Below are positions 53,459 to 64,000 of a DNA stretch of 64,000 nt, one piece after another. Origin of the DNA: the human T2T-CHM13v2.0 reference genome, Homo sapiens. Position numbers and translations under genes: made by a program. The stretch lies in the NCBI RefSeq assembly GCF_009914755.1, contig NC_060933.1. One strand, written 5' to 3'. The notes beneath the pieces were generated by a model. That model had not been told where the DNA came from, did not search any database, and saw only the letters and a program-made list of their open reading frames with translations. Position 1 is the stretch's first letter, and every line of letters begins with the position of its first letter.

Positions 53459-55140
53459 GATAACATTAAAAATAGTATCAAGTAAGACTAAATCTCAGAC
53501 AATTATGCCAGCTTTCTAGAAAAATAACTACAAAATGTTTTTGAGAGAAATTAATGATGAAACTAAATAAATGCAGAAATATACCATATTCATGGATTAG
53601 AAAACCAACATTATAAAGATTTAAGTCTCCCCAAATTGAATTATAGGTTAAATACAATAACAACCAAAATTCCAGCATGAAAATTTGTAAAAATTGACAA
53701 TCTTATTTGGCATCTATATAAAAATGCCAAAATAAAACAAGGCAAAACAGGCAATACCCTCTCAAAAATAATATATCAAGATGGAAGAACTTACACTATA
53801 ATAAAACAAGGCTTTTAATAAATTTACTACAATTAAGACAGAATTCCAATGACTGAAGAATAGACAATTGTACCAAGTGATCAAAATGTGGGGTCCAGAA
53901 ACAGAAATTTGTATGCATACTTGATTTATGGCAAGGTGGCACTGCAGAATAGTGAGAAGAGGAGGGTCATTTTAAGAAATGTTGCTGGGCCAGTGGGATA
54001 TCCATACAGAAAAAACTAATCAGGTCTACTAGACACTGTTCACCAAAGCTCAATTCCAGGTGCACACTCCATGAATGTGAATGTGAAAGTATGAACAAGA
54101 AAACTTCTAGAAGACAAAGTAGAAGAATATCTTTATGATATTGTGCTAGGCAGAGAATGCTTAAATTGATCAAATAAAGCTCAACCATAAAATAAAAATA
54201 ATGCTGAGTTGTACTACATTAAATCAAAAAGTGTCTGTTAATTAAAAACACCACTAGGAACATTCAAAAGGTCAACCACAAATTTAGAGAAAATACTTGA
54301 AAACCTGCAACTGATAAAGCCTCATATCCAGAAAATATGGATTTTTTCCAAATCAAGAAAATGACACGTAAGCCTATTTTAAAAATGAATATAAGACTTG
54401 AACAGACACCCCACAAAATATACTATCTAATAACATATAAATGTATTTAAAAATGGTGAACCACGTTGGACATAGGGAAATAAAAACTTAAAATTGTAAG
54501 GAGATACCACTACAAATTATAAATTAGACAATGGCAAGTGATGAAAAGGTATGGAACAATACAACCTCTTACATAATACTGGATAGGAGTGTAAAATGAG
54601 TACAATCAATTTATAAGACTGTTGACAGTATCACTATAGCTGAAACTAAAGTTAGCTGTGACCCAGAAATTTACCTAGATATAAATTCAATAGAACTATA
54701 TGTACCAAAAGGCATGTATAAAAATCTTCATGGCAGTAATTTTTCGTAATAGCCTCAAATTAGAAACACGCTCAACACACCAACAATATTAGTATCTGTC
54801 AACACTAACATTGGTAAATAAATTGTGGTACATTCACACAATGAAAATGAATGTTCTGTAGCCATATGTAACAATTTGGATGCATCTCATAAACATAATT
54901 CCGAATGAAATAAACCAGACAAAAGGAATATATATTATAGGGTTCCATTTATATAAAGCTGTTCAGTAGGCCAAGTTAATCTATAGGTTTTAGAAGTCAG
55001 GGTAATGTTTAATTTTGGGGTGAAGCGGGGTAGTAATCAGCGTGGGCATGAAGGAATGTTCCTGGAGGCTAGTTAAGTTTCCGTTTCTTTACGTGGGTGG
55101 TGATTACAAGGATGTGATCATTTGTAGATGATTCACTGAG
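53459..55140 (+). mobile_element. Old L1M (ME-like) ORF2 C-terminal region and 3'UTR
   Basis: ataccatattcatggattagaaaa, gacttgaacagacac, ttccatttatataaag...gaagtcagggta. Confidence 0.85.
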
Positions 55141-55149
55141 AATTTCTTG

Positions 55150-55718
55150 CTCTCAACAGATACTATAAAGAGGGCAAAAAGCCACAAGCAAGAAATATGT
55201 GCTGTATCTATAACCAACAAAGGGTTAGAATCCCAAGATGATAAAGAACTAAAAATGAATAACAAGGAGAAAAATGGCAAAATACATGAATAGGCACTTT
55301 CCAAGAAAAAGATGACTGATCCAAAACTGTATGAAAAGATTTTACATTTTGTTGTCATCAGTGAGACACAAATATTTAAAACTATAATGCAATGCCTTAT
55401 TATATAAGGACTAGATTGAGAAACATTTGAAAATCAGAAAACTCCATGCTTAGGGTAGGCTGTTGAACACTGGGAACTCTCAGACACAGCTAAAGGTGTA
55501 AAGAATTGGTGCAACTATTTGGAAAACATTTGGTATTACCTAGTAAAGTTGAACACATACTCAGTACATAGCACAGCAATTTCACCCCAAAGAACATACC
55601 CTAGAAAAAACTCTTACATAGGCAGGAGACATGTTCCTAGTAGCATAGTAATGTCAAAAACCTGATAAAACCTAAATGCCCACCAGTGTTAGAAGGTATG
55701 AATAAGTTGTGGTTTATT
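55150..55718 (+). mobile_element. L1ME 3' fragment
   Basis: aatggcaaaatacatgaataggcacttt...attacctagtaaagttgaaca...aaatgcccaccagt. Confidence 0.7.
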
Positions 55719-60310
<4,592 letters not shown>

Positions 60311-61715
60311 TTCAGAAAGCAAATAATAAAATGGCAGATGTAACTCCTAATATATCGATGATTACTTTAAATATAAATGTTCTCAATACACCAGTTAAAA
60401 AGTAGAGATTGACCAAGTAGCTAAATGCACACATACACACACACACACACACACCAATTATATCCTGTTTATGAGAAACTCACTTCAAATTCAATAACAT
60501 AAGTGGTTGAAAGTAAAAGGATTGCAAAAGATATTCAATGCAAACAGTAATTTAAAAAAGCAGGAGTTGCTATATTAATATCTAATAATGTAGACTTCAG
60601 AGCAAAGAGCAAGACTAAAGGCAAAGGGGACATTACATAGAGATGGAAAGATCGATCCACCAGAAAGACATAACAAACCTAAACCTGTATACAAATAATA
60701 AAAGGGCCTAAGATACACGAAAGGAAAGTGATAAAGCTGAAAGCAGAAATAGGCAAATCCACAGTTATGGCTGGAGACTTCAATTTTTTCCTCTCAGCAA
60801 CTGATAGAACAATAAACTGAAAATCAGTGTGGGTACAGAAGATCTGATTAACACAATCAACCAACAGGATCTAATTGGCATTTACACAACATTCCACACA
60901 CAACTGCATAATATGCATTTTGTTGACGCACCCATGGAACATTCACCAAGACTGACTGTATTCTTGGTATATAGTCATTCTTGGTTGGCAAGTAACAACA
61001 ACTTTTTAAAAACTGAAATAATACAGTGTGTTCTCTGACCACAATAGAATCAAACTAGAGATCCATGACAGACGGGTAACATGAAATTTCTAAATACTTG
61101 CAAATAAAATAACACACTTCTAAATAATTCATGGGTCAAAGAATAAGTCTTGAAGGAAAAATGTTAAAAATAGAACTGAATGATAAATGAAAATGAAAAT
61201 GCAGCATAGGAAGCTATATAGAATACAGCTGAAAGAGTATTGAGAAGAAAATTTTTAGCAATTAATGATTACATTAGAAATAAGAAAATCTCTAAAATCA
61301 GTCATCTTTCTACCTCAAAAAGCTAAAAAAAAGGAAAAGTAAAATAAACCCAAAGGAAGCAGAAGAAAACAAGAAAGTCATTTCGAAATCGAAAATAGGA
61401 AAACAAAAAGAAAACTAATAAAACAAAGCTGGCTGCTTGAAAAATCAATAAAATCGATGTGTCTAGCAAGAATAACAAAAATAAGAAGAGAGAAGACGCA
61501 AATCATCAATGTCAGGAGTGAAATGTGATATGTCACCACAGATCCCACAGCCATTAAAAAGATAATAAAAGAATACTGTGAACAACTTTGTGCTCATAAA
61601 TTTGATAACTTAAAGGAAAGAAATTTCTTTACCCGAAATGACATAGATAATCTAAATAGTTCTACAATCATTAAAATAATTGACATTGTTATTTAAAATC
61701 TCCTAAAAGTAGAAT
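60311..61715 (+). mobile_element. Old L1M ORF2 5' part (endonuclease and linker); contains (CA)n at ~60428-60453
   Basis: attactttaaatataaatg (ITLN motif), gctggagacttcaat (GDFN motif), tctctgaccacaatagaatcaaactaga (SDHN motif). Confidence 0.9.
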
Positions 61716-62029
61716 TACCCATTTTTTAAAAATATAGATATATTTGATTACCTATTTAATTGTGGTTTTTCAGGGGCAAGAGATCTCAGATGTTGACTGT
61801 AATTTTTTTCTCATAAGTTAAGGAAATCGGGCTTTCAGTTTACTAAATTTTTGAGTGAATTTCATTGGTAAACATAGTGATGGCTGTTTAAAGAGAGCCA
61901 TGACTCACTTCACCAGTTACAGTAACATAATTTCCCTTTCTGCACTTAGTTTTTTACATTATGTAAAAGTCAAACATGCTATTTTTAATTTCACTTTTTT
62001 TCACAATGATACTTTCGCAGATTTTCTCA

Positions 62030-62265
62030 TCACCCGCTGCCTCAATTCTTCACATGACCCTTCTATGTCACTCTCTTTAACCTCCTCTTTAATTCTCCTC
62101 AGGCAGAATTAATTACTCCCTTATCTAGGTCCCCCGAGGACTGAATGCACAGTGTGAGAATTACTTGTCTTCAGGACACCCTTCCCTTTACATGCCTTTG
62201 CAGCCTGCCTCCTTGCTGGAGATCTGGTACATGGCAGGCATGCAATGATTTTTGCTGACTTGAAA
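62030..62265 (+). mobile_element. L2 3' fragment
   Basis: ctggtacatggcaggcatgcaatgatttttgctgacttgaa resembles the L2 terminus. Confidence 0.5.
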
Positions 62266-63499
62266 TCTAAATACAGAAGATTGTTTAGGAGTAAGCCAAC
62301 AACAAAACAGAAAGTGACATCCTCCCCTGATTTTCACCAAGTTGGCTTTTGATTACCAATAGAGAACAAATGAACATCATTCTCTTCAAAAGCAGTTTGT
62401 AGGGGAAGGTTATCAATCTTCATAACAATAAAAGCATTTGTTTTGTGAGATTGATGAAAGATTTTGTAAGCAGTTTTGTCACCATGGGGTAAAAATGATC
62501 GGTTTCATGGGAATTATATCTGTTGAGCTTATAAAATCTTACTCATTTTTGCACAGGAAGTCCCACTTATATGTTGCTAAAATAATAAAGTTTGTAGATA
62601 GGAAATTGAGTAAATTGTGAGTTTGGCCATGGCTGAAATGGAATTAGGGTATTAAATCGTGTGGTTTCAATCCTACCATATTTATTCATTTCCAAACAGT
62701 TTGGGGGATTATTTGTTGACAGTCACATAATTAATTATTGGCTGTTATAGTGGCATGCGTTTCCTTGACAAACAAGAGTTTAGTTTAATTCAGAGAGTTA
62801 AATCTGCTTTAATATCCAGACACTTGTGGCTGTAGGGTCTCTTTTGGAGACTGAATTACTTAATAATTGGCTCTTGACTTTTTGCAACTGTAATGTCCTC
62901 GAAGTATATAATAGCTCCAAACAGTAAGCTTGGGTCCCCAGTACTTGATTTTTAACTGGGTCTACGAGGCAGTCAAGAAGGAGGTGCTGAGGAGAGCCAC
63001 ATCACACACTCAAGGAACCGTTGTGATTCTCCCATCTTGCCCACCCCATGGAAAGAAGGGTCCTCCCTTTTTCGTCTCACTGCTTGAGGTAATGACACCA
63101 ATTCTATAGTCTAGGATAGACAAAGACTCCCAGAGAAAACAGAAAGAAATAAATGAAACACTTTCTGAAATTTTTCCTCCTGAAATAATATTTTGTTTGT
63201 ACTTAAAAAAAAGAGAGATGATAACTTATTGCTAAACCTTTAGTGTGTCTACATGGGAGAAGTGACTCAGCAGGTCTTTGGCCAAACTGCGTATTTGTTT
63301 AACTTCAATCTCAGGAGAGCCAAGGAGTAAAACCATGGCACTATCTTTGTTGCAACAAAGACTTCTTGCTTGATGAGCATTCTTGGCAAGGGAGCCTTCA
63401 TATTTTAAAAGGCTGTAACTGTTTATGGCTATCAGCTTATCACTCTAAAACCAAAGGAGGCCTGAGGACAAAGAGTGAGCCAGAGGGGATGTTAAGGGA

Positions 63500-63712
63500 G
63501 GGAGGGTTCTCCAGGAAGCAGAGTCCTAGGCAGTCTGCAGTCTGGACCCATCACACTGCAGAACTGGGCAGGGTGACCAGGCATCTGCAGCTTTCTTGTC
63601 TCTGAGCAAGTGAGAGTGCTGGTCCTTGTACACCAGCATCAGAAATGAGAGCAGACAATGGAGGAGGGTGAATGCAAGGGGTGCTCAGGAAGAAGCACAA
63701 GCAACACCCTAC
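63500..63712 (-). mobile_element. Possible LTR16-like ERVL fragment
   Basis: gggttctccaggaagcagagtcct... and ...agcacaagcaacaccctaca resemble LTR16 ends. Confidence 0.4.
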
Positions 63713-64000
63713 AGGGGTTGAAGGGAGACCATTTTCTGGGTGGGAATAAGTAGAGATTTATGAAAGAGCCGATATTCACACGTGGCCACAGGATTTTGAC
63801 AGAGTGGTGGCAGGACCTCCAGGTGGAAGGAACCAGTGAGCCAAGGTGTTGAGTCCTTAGGCAGAGATGATGTCACCCAATATGTATTTTGTAGCAAAAT
63901 ACATATTTGTCCTTTTTGCTTAATGTATGCTGAGTCATTTAACCCTCACAGCGACTCTTACCCCCGCTTCCTTTATTCTCACTCTTCTCCTCTTTTCCCT

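Overview
Primate (human-like) non-coding genomic DNA, intergenic or deep intronic, and heavily occupied by transposable-element remnants. I find about a dozen Alu copies or monomers (J, S and Y types, most with readable target-site duplications), many L1 fragments including a ~14 kb nested L1 block at 47.9-61.7 kb, L2 and MIR relics, about ten solo LTRs (MLT1, MER21, MER41B, MER74, MER4, others), several DNA-transposon fossils (MER20, hAT-Charlie, MER46C, Arthur1-like) and simple repeats. No protein-coding gene, RNA gene, CpG island or CRISPR array is supported. The supplied ORFs are explained by simple repeats, Alu/L1 sequence or chance. I could not identify the locus. Repeat subfamily names come from my recollection of consensus sequences and need RepeatMasker/Dfam confirmation; boundaries without TSDs are approximate. 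I do not see a convincing new biological system. The best leads are retrotransposition-mechanism footprints (a 188-bp TSD-flanked orphan insert resembling an L1 3' transduction; a twin-priming inversion in an old L1MA), LTR-borne and free-standing regulatory motifs (CTCF core, two RFX X-boxes, a MER41B with both GAS sites lost) and candidate recursive-splice-like AG|GT sites.
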